From: Telmatocola sphagniphila
GTDB taxonomy: Bacteria > Planctomycetota > Planctomycetia > Gemmatales > Gemmataceae
Assembly: GCF_018398935.1 (NCBI RefSeq)
Contig: NZ_CP074694.1
Location: 2,160,001-2,192,000 of the forward strand
Direction of reading: 5' to 3'
DNA length: 32,000 nt
The notes below the pieces were generated by a model, which was not told the origin of the DNA, made no database searches, and saw only the letters and a list, made by a program, of their open reading frames with translations. The position numbers were made by a program, and so were the translations under genes. Positions 16,670 to 25,260 of the stretch are shown here, one piece after another. How positions within the stretch are numbered: the stretch's first letter is position 1; each line of letters starts with the position of its first letter.

Positions 16670-18214
16670 CCGACGATCAACTCATTTACGAAGAAGTTCG
16701 CCGATTCCATTCTATCCGTTCTGGAATGTTACGACCGCGTGATTTTCAAAGGGTATCTTCCCTTTTTCAAGAATGGAGATCTCCACCGTCTCTGCGATAG
16801 CGGACTGGGCATGCGTCGCAAAGACTTCGTTCCCTTCCTGGAAGGTCTGTCCGAAGAACTGGTGGAACATGGCAAACGAGTCGCCGCCGAAGCCGGTGCT
16901 CCTTATCGGTTTCTCCAAGGGGAGCACACCAAAGAGCAGATCATCCGCGAGGAGATTGCCAAACGCAGTCTAAAGGAAGGACTGGTCGCCGTGCTGTGCT
17001 GCATGGAAACCTGTCGCGGCGTCAAGCTGCGTCCCGGCAAGGATCGACCGGAATTGTACTTCACGTCTCGCCCGCAACGCGTCGTCTATTTCTATTCTCT
17101 CGATCCCGAGTTCGGACTGATCCATGTCCGCATCCAAACCTTCTTTCCTTACAGCGTCCAAGTCTACGTCAACGGTCACGACTGGCTGGCCCGCCAGATG
17201 AACGAAAAGCAGATCGGCTTCCTTCAAAGCGATAATGCCTTCGTTCAACTCGACAATCCCGAAGCCGCTCAACGCCTGGCCGATCGCTTTGCCCATTTGA
17301 ATTGGATCAAAATTCTCGACCGTTGGGTCCGCCGGGCCAATCCGCTATTGAAAAAAGACTGGCTGAACCGCTGCCAATACTACTGGGTGATCGATCGAGC
17401 CGAGTACAGCACGGACGTTTTGTTCCGAAGTCGTGAAGACTTACAAGCTCTTTACCCGCGTCTGGTCGATCACTCGATTCAACAGTTCTCTGCCGACGAC
17501 ATTATGAAATTCCTGGGACGCAAGCTCTATCCTCAATTCGACGGAGAAATTCTTACTCTGGGCCGCAAGAAACGGGCACCGGGCACACGCGTCAAGCACC
17601 GCATGAAAGGCAATTGGCTGAAAATGTACGACAAATTCGAACGGATTCTCCGCATTGAAACAGTAATCAACCAGCCAGGCGAGTTCCACGTCCGCCGTCG
17701 ATGCATCCGCAAAGGGGTCGAAAAAATGGCCTGGTGCCCCATGAACAAAGGCGTGTCTAATTTCTATCGCTACCTCGAAGTCGCCCGCGCTTCGAATCGA
17801 CGCTATCTCGAGGCTTTGGCCGTTGTGGACGCTCCTTCGGTCACCGTGCGTCAACTCGACCAACTGAGTCAACCCGTCTCTCTGGGTAACCGGAAGCGAC
17901 GCGGCTTGAACTTGATGCACGCCGAAGAACAGAAGCTATTCCTGGCTGTCTTATGCGGCGATAATCGCATCAATGGGTTTCGCAACCACGACATCCTGAA
18001 AGCGTTGAACGAGCCCGCCCGGGATGCCGCTGAACGGCGTCGGCAAACGCAACGAGTCTCGCGACAATTGGGAAGGTTGCGCGCTCATGGATTGATTCGG
18101 AAAGTCCCGCGGGCGCATCGCTATCACGTGACGGATAAAGGCAATGCGGTGATGGCGGCGGCCGTTCGTATCCGCATCAAAGAGTTCCCGAAAGAACTCA
18201 AAACCGCGATTTAA
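16667..18214 (+). CDS. 515-aa protein of unknown class with a winged-helix-like C-terminus
   Basis: It is a long clean ORF with protein-like composition. Notable stretches are GNWLKMYDKFERILRIETVINQPGEFHVRR and the C-terminal QLGRLRAHGLIRKVPRAHRYHVTDKGNAVMAAAVRIR (MarR/wHTH-like). I see no DDE, HUH, Ser- or Tyr-recombinase, RT or RuvC/Zn-finger motif by eye. Confidence 0.8.
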   Translation: MPTINSFTKKFADSILSVLECYDRVIFKGYLPFFKNGDLHRLCDSGLGMRRKDFVPFLEGLSEELVEHGKRVAAEAGAPYRFLQGEHTKEQIIREEIAKRSLKEGLVAVLCCMETCRGVKLRPGKDRPELYFTSRPQRVVYFYSLDPEFGLIHVRIQTFFPYSVQVYVNGHDWLARQMNEKQIGFLQSDNAFVQLDNPEAAQRLADRFAHLNWIKILDRWVRRANPLLKKDWLNRCQYYWVIDRAEYSTDVLFRSREDLQALYPRLVDHSIQQFSADDIMKFLGRKLYPQFDGEILTLGRKKRAPGTRVKHRMKGNWLKMYDKFERILRIETVINQPGEFHVRRRCIRKGVEKMAWCPMNKGVSNFYRYLEVARASNRRYLEALAVVDAPSVTVRQLDQLSQPVSLGNRKRRGLNLMHAEEQKLFLAVLCGDNRINGFRNHDILKALNEPARDAAERRRQTQRVSRQLGRLRAHGLIRKVPRAHRYHVTDKGNAVMAAAVRIRIKEFPKELKTAI

Positions 18215-20649
18215 TAAAATACACAAAAAGTTTGCGCAAAAAGCGCAAAAGATAAGAAGAAAGACTCTAAAGGCTCCCGTACGGTAACGAGACTGGAATC
18301 GGATTTGTCAATGCGTTCACAGTTTTCCATGACTTGCAGAAGTGCCTCCTTCGCTTCCGCGGACCGTCCCATATCCGATAGTGCTGAACCGATGTCGCGT
18401 TGGATAAACGCTAGCATAATCTGAAATTTTGTGACCGCGGGGTAAGTGTCCGCCAGGTTCTTCGCGATGGCAGCCGCTTTCCTCAAAGATGGGAGAGCCT
18501 GTGCGGGTTTCCCCACATCCAATAAAGTGTCGCCGATGTAATAGTCGCTTATTCCCAGTGAGTACTGGTACCTCGAAATGTCGGAATGTGTACTTGCCAG
18601 CTTATTCCAAATTACGTGAGCATTATCATGGTTCGCTAACGCCGGCTGCCATTTACCAGCTTCCCAAAGTAACTTACCTGATTGCTCCAAAGTTCGAGCC
18701 AACTCTTGTTGAAGTTCCTCGGAGGTGGGATTGACCTTGGATAACTTCCTCAAGATGGCCGCGGCCATATCAGTTTCGGTCGACGCCTCCGAAGGCCTTT
18801 GCTTTGACCTATGAACCATGGCGAACCGCGTTAAGCTTTGTGCCACGACGACTTGGACCGCTTCCGTCGGAGAATCCTTTGCAAGTGCTGCGGCCGTATC
18901 GTGTTGTTCTCTAAAATTCAGCATCGCGCCGTCTAGATCACCTGTGAAAAGCAATATATAACCCACCGCACCCAAGCTTCGGGCTACATTAAGCTGAGTC
19001 TTCAAATCCGACCCTGGCGCAGCTGCCAGATTCCTCCGCATTTCCAGCGCCTTGCGATGTAGAGCAAGTGCCTTTGGCTTGGAACCGATTTGATCGGTTA
19101 GATCGGCAAGTTGAAAATACCCGTCCGCCAGGAGACTCCGCGATTTAGGATCGACTTCTCCTTCCAGAAGCTTTTCCATATCGCCATAGAACTCACCGGC
19201 TTCTTTCAAAAGCTGGTTTCGCAGCTCCTTGAATTGTCCACTCTTAAGCAATAAGTCCTCGCCGACGCCACTGTGCAGTTTAGCAATCGCTTTCTGGGCT
19301 AGTTCGAAGCGTTTCTCCACCTTGACTTGCTCGGCAACCAATTCAGTGTTCTTGGCTGTGAGGTCACGGTTGGCCTGGAGTTTCACCACTAACACTCCCA
19401 TAACTCCCGCCACGACGAGCGAAGTAATCACTGATGCGGTCGTCAAAGCTACGCGATTCTTTCTCACGAACTTGCGAAGACGATAGCTTCTGCTGGGCGG
19501 CACCGCAAGCACCGGTTCGCCTGCCAGATAGCGCTGTATATCCAAGGCAAAGCCATTCGCCGTCTCATAGCGGCGGGATCGGTCCTTTTCCAAGGATTTC
19601 ATGACGATCCAGTCCAATTCGCCCCGCATGAGTTTTTTTAAATGGGCAGGGTCGGTCTGCCGGCCAGCGGCCAAGGAGGGAAGCGTGTTAGTCGAGCTCA
19701 GACGTGTGCTCGGGCGGGGCGGTTCTTCCTCGCGAATCAGACGTCGAATTTCCTCCCAGGCCGCTTCTTTGAAGCGGTTCTTTTCCAGCGGTGTGGTCCC
19801 GGTCAACAACTTGTAGAGGAGCACTCCCAGCGAATAAATATCCGACCGCGTGTCGACGTCCAAGTTGTTGAGTTGCGCCTGCTCGGGAGACATATATAGC
19901 GGCGTTCCAAGTACTGTTTCGTGAGCGGTGTGAAGGGTTCGCTCCGTCAGCGATTGGTGCATGGCTTTAGCCAGTCCAAAGTCAATAATCTTGGGGACCG
20001 GCTTATCATCGTAGGGCGCGACCAGAATATTCGAAGGCTTGAGATCGCGATGAATGATTCCTTTGTGATGGGCATGCTGGACGGCTTGACACACTTGTGC
20101 AAATAACTGCAAACGTTCGGGGATGCTGAGTCGGGCGGTATCGCAAAACTCGGTGATCCGAATCCCTTTGATGTACTCCATCACGAAGTAGGGTCGGCCG
20201 GTCTCCGTCAAGCCCCCGTCGAGTACCTTGGCGATATTGGGGTGGTCCATAAGGGCCAAGGCCTGCCGTTCCCCTTCGAAGCGGGCCAACACAGACTTCG
20301 AATCCATTCCTGCCTTGATGAGCTTAAGTGCGACCTTTCGGCGCACCGGTTGCGTTTGTTCCGCGACCCAGACGGTTCCCATACCTCCTTCGCCAATCGG
20401 CTCCAGCAGCTTGTAGCGACCGGCGATGATTGTACCCGATTGCTCCTTCGGTAGGTACGCCCCGGTTTCTTCGGGATCGCCGGGCTCCGGTCGATCCAGG
20501 ATACCACGAACCCGGGCATCAGCTTCCAAGAGCAATTGAACTCGAGCGCGGAGCAGGGTGTCCGCCCCACAAGCTTCATCGAGAAACGCCTGCCGCTCGA
20601 TAGGGGAATTCTTTTCCAACGCCGCTAGAAATAACGCTTCTTCGGTCAT
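18211..20649 (-). CDS. membrane Ser/Thr protein kinase with TPR-like sensor region, C-terminally truncated and ending in a foreign tail
   Basis: I prefer ATG 20649 (MTEEALFLAALEKNSPIERQAFLDEACG..., a typical N-terminus), giving 812 aa. Kinase motifs are GEGGMGTVW, HRDLKPSNILV, DFGLAK and SPEQ. There is one TM helix (ALTTASVITSLVVAGVMGVLVV), then degenerate TPR-like repeats. The last about 20 aa (EPLESFFLSFALFAQTFCVFY*) are read from the inserted DNA. Confidence 0.85.
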   Translation of the reverse strand: MTEEALFLAALEKNSPIERQAFLDEACGADTLLRARVQLLLEADARVRGILDRPEPGDPEETGAYLPKEQSGTIIAGRYKLLEPIGEGGMGTVWVAEQTQPVRRKVALKLIKAGMDSKSVLARFEGERQALALMDHPNIAKVLDGGLTETGRPYFVMEYIKGIRITEFCDTARLSIPERLQLFAQVCQAVQHAHHKGIIHRDLKPSNILVAPYDDKPVPKIIDFGLAKAMHQSLTERTLHTAHETVLGTPLYMSPEQAQLNNLDVDTRSDIYSLGVLLYKLLTGTTPLEKNRFKEAAWEEIRRLIREEEPPRPSTRLSSTNTLPSLAAGRQTDPAHLKKLMRGELDWIVMKSLEKDRSRRYETANGFALDIQRYLAGEPVLAVPPSRSYRLRKFVRKNRVALTTASVITSLVVAGVMGVLVVKLQANRDLTAKNTELVAEQVKVEKRFELAQKAIAKLHSGVGEDLLLKSGQFKELRNQLLKEAGEFYGDMEKLLEGEVDPKSRSLLADGYFQLADLTDQIGSKPKALALHRKALEMRRNLAAAPGSDLKTQLNVARSLGAVGYILLFTGDLDGAMLNFREQHDTAAALAKDSPTEAVQVVVAQSLTRFAMVHRSKQRPSEASTETDMAAAILRKLSKVNPTSEELQQELARTLEQSGKLLWEAGKWQPALANHDNAHVIWNKLASTHSDISRYQYSLGISDYYIGDTLLDVGKPAQALPSLRKAAAIAKNLADTYPAVTKFQIMLAFIQRDIGSALSDMGRSAEAKEALLQVMENCERIDKSDSSLVTVREPLESFFLSFALFAQTFCVFY
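18231..18249 (-). terminator. intrinsic terminator oriented against the host (minus-strand) transcript
   Basis: In minus sense it reads TTTGCGC-TTTTT-GCGCAAA followed by CTTTTTGTGTATTTTATT. In plus sense the tail is A-rich, so it is not a terminator for the 515-aa gene. Confidence 0.5.
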
Positions 20650-20728
20650 GACACGTTTCTCCGGCGATCGACTCGTAGGAGCCGTCCCAACTATAGGCGC
20701 CCTCGGAGCTGTAAACCCGTCAGGTAAT

Positions 20729-21295
20729 TTAAGATTTTTTTTCCTCGAGCATGGCCGTGTACAGCCAGGCTCGGGCATACCGCCAGCCGCGCTCGGCCGT
20801 CGAAAGAGAAATACCCAGATGTTCGGCGATTTCCGGTAGAGTCATTCCTCCGAAAAATCGTAATTCCACGAGTTGAGCTTTGACCGGGTCATGGAGGGCG
20901 AATCGTTCCAAGGCCTCGTGCAGAGCCATCAAATTTTCTTCGGGAATCCCAGTTGCGAGAGCGTCAAGATCGACAGCCACGCGTTGCAGGTCGCCGCCGC
21001 GCTTCAGCCGGTCTTTCCGGCGGGCCGCTTCAATGAGAATGCGCCTCATCGCTACCGCGGCGGCGGCGAAGAAATGCCCTCGGCTAGCGAATTGTCGTTC
21101 CCCAAGCGGGCCCACCAAGCGCAAGTAGGCCTCGTGAACGAGGGCGGTCGCATCGAGAGTTTGGCCGGGGGCTTCGTTCGCCATGCGCGTCGCGGCGAGC
21201 TTACGAAGCTCCTCGTACACGAGTGGAAGGAGATCCGAGGCGGCCCGTCGATCCCCGTTATGTGCCCATTCAAGCAATTGAGTGAGATTCGACAT
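20729..21295 (-). CDS. ECF sigma factor of the kinase-associated (TIGR02999-like) type
   Basis: 188 aa. TQLLEWAHNGDRRAASDLLPLVYEELRKLA...GQTLDATALVHEAYLRL and the C-terminal HTH MTLPEIAEHLGISLSTAERGWRYARAWL are present. The gene lies 79 nt upstream of the kinase on the same strand. Confidence 0.9.
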   Translation of the reverse strand: MSNLTQLLEWAHNGDRRAASDLLPLVYEELRKLAATRMANEAPGQTLDATALVHEAYLRLVGPLGERQFASRGHFFAAAAVAMRRILIEAARRKDRLKRGGDLQRVAVDLDALATGIPEENLMALHEALERFALHDPVKAQLVELRFFGGMTLPEIAEHLGISLSTAERGWRYARAWLYTAMLEEKKS

Positions 21296-21298
21296 GAA

Positions 21299-21422
21299 GG
21301 AATAGTCTATTTCCTACTCGATAAGCTGCCAGGAAGAGTTGAGAGCTTTCTGCTCCTGCAACGACACAACCACTTTACTCAAAAATACTTGCGGCTCCTC
21401 CGCTTTGGAAGTAGACTATTCG
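21299..21422. repeat. 16-bp inverted repeat pair (14/16 match) abutting the sigma-factor start codon
   Basis: GGAATAGTCTATTTCC (21299-21314) matches the reverse complement of GGAAGTAGACTATTCG (21407-21422). The spacer is 92 bp. The first arm starts 4 nt from the sigma start codon (21295). Confidence 0.5.
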
Positions 21423-21439
21423 GGATTAGCGTCCAGCAG

Positions 21440-21560
21440 CGAATTCCTTCGAACCTACTTCCAAGGGCATCGAATCAGTGAAGCGGCCTACTATTACTGG
21501 CAAACAGAACTGAGGCGTCGGGAGGCTGAAGGTTCTCCCTTGTTCGTTTCGGTCAGACTG
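21440..21560 (+). pseudogene. short remnant resembling the N-terminal HTH part of an IS66-type accessory or transposase ORF
   Basis: The translation EFLRTYFQGHRISEAAYYYWQTELRRREAEGSPLFVSVRL matches the ...GIS...FY.W...LR......F.PV pattern seen at the start of IS66-group elements. Nothing else of the element is present. Confidence 0.3.
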
Positions 21561-21654
21561 TTTAGCTTCGTAAGCATTTGATCTACCGTTCTAGAATCAA
21601 GAACATGTCGAACCTGTAGAATATCCGTGTCGCCAAACCTAGGATGCCGAACCC

Positions 21655-22233
21655 ATGGCCACGCGTAAATCCAGAAACACCGATTCGACTTCCAAGCTCT
21701 CAGAATCCACATCCGAACTGCGTCAAGCTCTCACCCAGAGAAAGAAAGTCGAATTGGTGGAATTTCTACTGGTGTTGGCCGAGGAGGACCTAAGGATTCT
21801 TCGGAAACTCACGATCCGCTTTAAGATGACCGCTTCCGTTGAACGACTAGAAGCTGCCACGCGTCAAGCGATCGTTGACGCGACCGCCTTCGACAAACGG
21901 GACATGAATCGCAACTTCAACTACGATCGTGAAGCTTATGCAGAAGCGAAACGTCTTTTGGAATTACTGGTTGCGGCGGAACAGTGTGCTGTGGTAATGC
22001 AGTTGTCGCTGGAACTGATGAAACTAGGCAGTCATCAAGTGGAAATGAGCGACGAAGGCCTAATGACCGATGATATCGAGGAATGTCTCAACGTGGTCAT
22101 CCAAGCTCTTAAAAAATCCAGCCTATCTTCAGCCGAAGTCATCGCGTGGTGCTCGGCCATGCTCGAAAACGATTGCGTGAGATTCATTGCTGAAAAACCG
22201 CTGAAATCCTTGCTGAACCAATTCCAGCAATAA
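21655..22233 (+). CDS. hypothetical helical protein
   Basis: 192-aa ORF with an ATG start and clean, helix-rich, acidic composition. No family recognised with confidence. Confidence 0.6.
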   Translation: MATRKSRNTDSTSKLSESTSELRQALTQRKKVELVEFLLVLAEEDLRILRKLTIRFKMTASVERLEAATRQAIVDATAFDKRDMNRNFNYDREAYAEAKRLLELLVAAEQCAVVMQLSLELMKLGSHQVEMSDEGLMTDDIEECLNVVIQALKKSSLSSAEVIAWCSAMLENDCVRFIAEKPLKSLLNQFQQ

Positions 22234-22385
22234 AAGATCGTTACTCGCTAAGCCAGCCCTCCTAAATCTAAACGATTCCGCACTGTGATCGTGGATCAAG
22301 TATTCCTCCTCGGCCGAAAAGACCCAATGGATGCCGAAGAGGAGAAAGTATTTCATATTTTCGATCCCAATGCGATGATCTGCTA

Positions 22386-23193
22386 GTGTAGTGTCTCAGA
22401 AATAGCGTTACTTTTAGCTCCTTTTTGTAGTTACTCTATAGAGAAGGAGAAAACCCATGAAAGTCGCGCTGCCAATCTTACTTTCTGACGAGGAACGACA
22501 AACGTTGACTTCTTGGTCTCGGGGACGAAGTACTCCCGCTCAGCTGGTCCTGCGGGCGAAGATCATACTCGCGGCGGCCGCAGGTGTACGGAACAAGGAC
22601 ATTGCTCAGCAGTGCGGCACGTCGAAACCCACAGTGGCGCGCTGGCGGACCCGATTAGCGAAGCTGCGTTTGGCGGGTGCCCGGCCGTTGCGGCACTCTG
22701 ACTCACGATTACATGGGTCATGGCACCACCACTCTCTTCGCGGCTTTGAACGTGGCGGAAGGCGTAGTAATTGGCGAATGCATGCCACGACATCGACACC
22801 AGGAATGGATCAAGTTTCTCAAACGGATCGATGCTGCCACCGATCCGGCCTTGGACTTGCATTTGATCGTGGACAAACCTGCCACGTACAAGCATCCCAA
22901 AGTTCAGCGTTGGCTCGCCCGGCATCCTCGATTCCACATGCATTTCACCCCCACGAGCAGTTCCTGGATGAATCTGGTGGAACGCTGGTTTCGCGACTTA
23001 ACAGACAAACGACTGCGTCGAGGCACATTTCGATTTGTGCCGCAATTAATCCAGGGGATTGAAGGCTACATCGATCATCACAATAACACAGGAAAGGGAT
23101 TCCAGTGGACCGCCAAAGCCGAGGCTATTCTGGAGAAAGTCCGCCGGGCTAGAGCTACCTTGGATAAAACACCTTCTGTGTGAGGCACTACAC
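22386..23193 (+). mobile_element. IS630-family element with an internal deletion (non-autonomous)
   Basis: The imperfect terminal IRs are GTGTAGTGTCTCAGAAA... (22386-) and the reverse complement of ...TGTGTGAGGCACTACAC (-23193). A TA duplication flanks it (22384-22385 and 23194-23195). At 808 bp it is about 0.4 kb shorter than typical family members. Confidence 0.75.
22457..23183 (+). pseudogene. IS630-family transposase, HTH region fused out of frame to the C-terminal DDE part
   Basis: ORF1 reads [72 protein letters not shown]. It then switches frame at about 22675 to ...[23 protein letters not shown]...[44 protein letters not shown]. The segment carrying the first catalytic Asp (about 130 codons) is missing. 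Confidence 0.8.
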
Positions 23194-23221
23194 TAGTCCC
23201 AAATGAAACCTTGCCCACGCA

Positions 23222-23839
23222 TTAGCTCTTTTCCTGAAATTCCCATGGAATATCCGTTCCTTTAAGTGCATCGTAGATCAGACGAGTCAAAGCTTGATGA
23301 TTTTCAATCGTATCGAAGTCATAGTCAAATTGCTCTCCGTCGATTCTCAGAATCGAACATTTCATGTCGCGATTCATGGCTGGGTATCCGGGGTGCTTCT
23401 CATTAGTTCCTTTAATTCGATCTTGCCGAAAGCATTTGAGCTCTTTCCAGGGGAAGATTTTAGTTGTTTGCTCGGTTACGTACAACAAAGCTTCATTTGT
23501 AAGAAGAATACGAGATCCCAGCATTTTCCGTGAATGTTTGATTCGGTCCGAACCAAAGTAAATCAGGCCGATTAGTAGCAATAAAATCGACCCTACTTTG
23601 ATCCGCTGTTGGAAAGTGAGTTTATCCTCAGGTTTGACGGCCTGGAAGGAATCGTACATCAAATTTGCGATTAACAGAATGCCGGTAATCCCGATCAGAA
23701 TCATCACGACTCCGAATACCATCCAGATTATCAACGTGGACTTCTTGATCCGAAATTCTTGAACTAGACCCCCCGTATTTACCAAGATTTGGTCGAGAGA
23801 TTCCTTCTCAAGGGGAAAGGAAGTTCGTTTGATGTCCAC
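23222..23839 (-). CDS. hypothetical membrane protein (two TM helices plus a cytoplasmic domain)
   Basis: 205-aa ORF in AT-rich DNA. The TM helices are LIIWMVFGVVMILIGITGILLIANL and VGSILLLLIGLIYFG. No family recognised. Confidence 0.5.
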   Translation of the reverse strand: MDIKRTSFPLEKESLDQILVNTGGLVQEFRIKKSTLIIWMVFGVVMILIGITGILLIANLMYDSFQAVKPEDKLTFQQRIKVGSILLLLIGLIYFGSDRIKHSRKMLGSRILLTNEALLYVTEQTTKIFPWKELKCFRQDRIKGTNEKHPGYPAMNRDMKCSILRIDGEQFDYDFDTIENHQALTRLIYDALKGTDIPWEFQEKS

Positions 23840-24150
23840 GGAGAAGAACCTCTAAATCTACTTGCAGTAAGTCCAACTTAAATCGATATCCAGAAAATGA
23901 ATTTAGCAGGCTAGACCGCTAATTTAAATTGAAATCCGCAAAATTTTCGTCTCAGATTTTTATGATTAGTTTCTGCAAGAAAAATCCCTCACATTTCAAT
24001 GAGTCGAGCTCGTTTCGAATTCTGTGCCGCGAACTCAACTCGATAATCGGTTTTTCGAAGCCGAGGAGTGGACTTGAATGCGGTCCTCTCAAACAAAAGC
24101 CAAAGAAAACGATATCGCTCTCATGAATATTTTAAGAGTGGGAATTTATT

Positions 24151-24684
24151 GTGGCTACAAAGTCTAAACAAAAAATGATCACAGCGATTATGCGAGACCG
24201 CCATGCTACTGAAAGGGCGTTCAATTGGTTGCTGGACCTTGGCTATCGTCCAGAGGAGATTAACGTGTTAATGTCGAAAGGAACACGGAAGGGCTACCAC
24301 AATGACGGAGTAGAAGGTCAGATAAAATCCGGCAGCCCTGCAGTCGAGGGTGTGGCGGAGGGCGGAGTGATCGGAACGGCTGTAGGAGCGACCATTGGAG
24401 CGATCCTGGCTATTGGCACTTCTATCGCTCTCCCCGGATTAGGCCTGATTGTAGCTGGACCGATTGTCGCTGCTTTAGCAGGAGGTGGGGCCGGTGCAGT
24501 AGCGGGAGGAGCCATTGGTGGCTTAGTGGAGCTTGGCATTCCGGAAGCTAATGCCAACGCTTATGAGGAATCGCTAAAGGAAGGTGGAGTGGTCTTTGGA
24601 GTGTCGCCTCATACCACGGTCGATGCGAAGTTGATTCGAAATTATTTTGAAGAGCAAAAAGCCGATAACGTCATGTGCGCCTAA
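24151..24684 (+). CDS. general-stress (YflT-like) protein with a central glycine-zipper membrane segment
   Basis: 177 aa with GTG at 24151 and an alternative ATG at 24175. The N-terminal ITAIMRDRHATERAFNWLLDLGY and the C-terminal GIPEANANAYEESLKEGGVVFGV resemble YflT-type stress-protein halves. The centre is Gly/Ala-rich and hydrophobic (GVIGTAVGATIGAILAIG...AGGGAGAVAGGAIGG). Confidence 0.65.
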   Translation: MATKSKQKMITAIMRDRHATERAFNWLLDLGYRPEEINVLMSKGTRKGYHNDGVEGQIKSGSPAVEGVAEGGVIGTAVGATIGAILAIGTSIALPGLGLIVAGPIVAALAGGGAGAVAGGAIGGLVELGIPEANANAYEESLKEGGVVFGVSPHTTVDAKLIRNYFEEQKADNVMCA

Positions 24685-24806
24685 TCGCCCAGTTGAACGC
24701 TTTGAACGGAATAGTATTTCTAAATCGGCTTAACCGTATATTTCACGTCATTGACAAAAAGAGTAAACACTCTTGTGTTTTTGCATTTTTTAACGAAGGA
24801 GAGATC

Positions 24807-24899
24807 ATGAGTACTGGTGAACTAATCATTTTGGTTGTGGTATTGCTATTAGTATTTGGCGGCTGGGGCGGCTACTATTACAGCCGCAAAAGGATATAA
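24807..24899 (+). CDS. 30-aa single-TM peptide
   Basis: A strong SD (AAGGAG) lies 7 nt upstream of ATG 24807. The peptide is MSTGELIILVVVLLLVFGGWGGYYYSRKRI. It sits only inside a longer alternative-start ORF in the supplied track. Confidence 0.4.
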   Translation: MSTGELIILVVVLLLVFGGWGGYYYSRKRI

Positions 24900-25260
24900 A
24901 TCGTCTGGATATTATTTTGGCTCTAAATATTAGTGATTTATGCCGAGCTAAATTAAGCGATGAATATTAAAGATTGCTTTCACTGATAATCGGTAGCTCA
25001 ATTTTTAGATCATCCTGTCTATGCTATTCGGCAGTTACAACTCCGATTTTCTCGATTTCAGACAATCGAACATTTTCGACATTTCCTGACAAAATTAGAC
25101 CAGATTGCCCGTCAACGCTTGCTTGAAAAATCCAGAAACTATTAGTATAGCCGCTTTTGGATGGTGATCTTTCAAACGGCAGATCGTTGATGCAGGCCAT
25201 CTTTTTTTGGCTTCGTATTTTGCAATGGTCAGAATCTTCTTATCAATTGGGGTGTCGACT

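Larger units (their letters stand above)
16591..18275 (+). mobile_element. candidate unclassified single-gene insertion (boundaries tentative)
   Basis: It lies exactly between the two halves of the kinase gene, on the opposite strand. CCCG occurs at both junctions (16587-16590 and 18276-18279) in the same codon phase. Excision restores the in-frame sequence ...SSLVTVRALPALRECYNTLG.... The terminal inverted repeats are not convincing (7/17). Confidence 0.4.

Noticed and set aside
20873-21481. 202-aa plus-strand ORF over the second sigma gene
   Set aside because: It is an antisense shadow of a well-supported ECF sigma ORF and extends into intergenic DNA.
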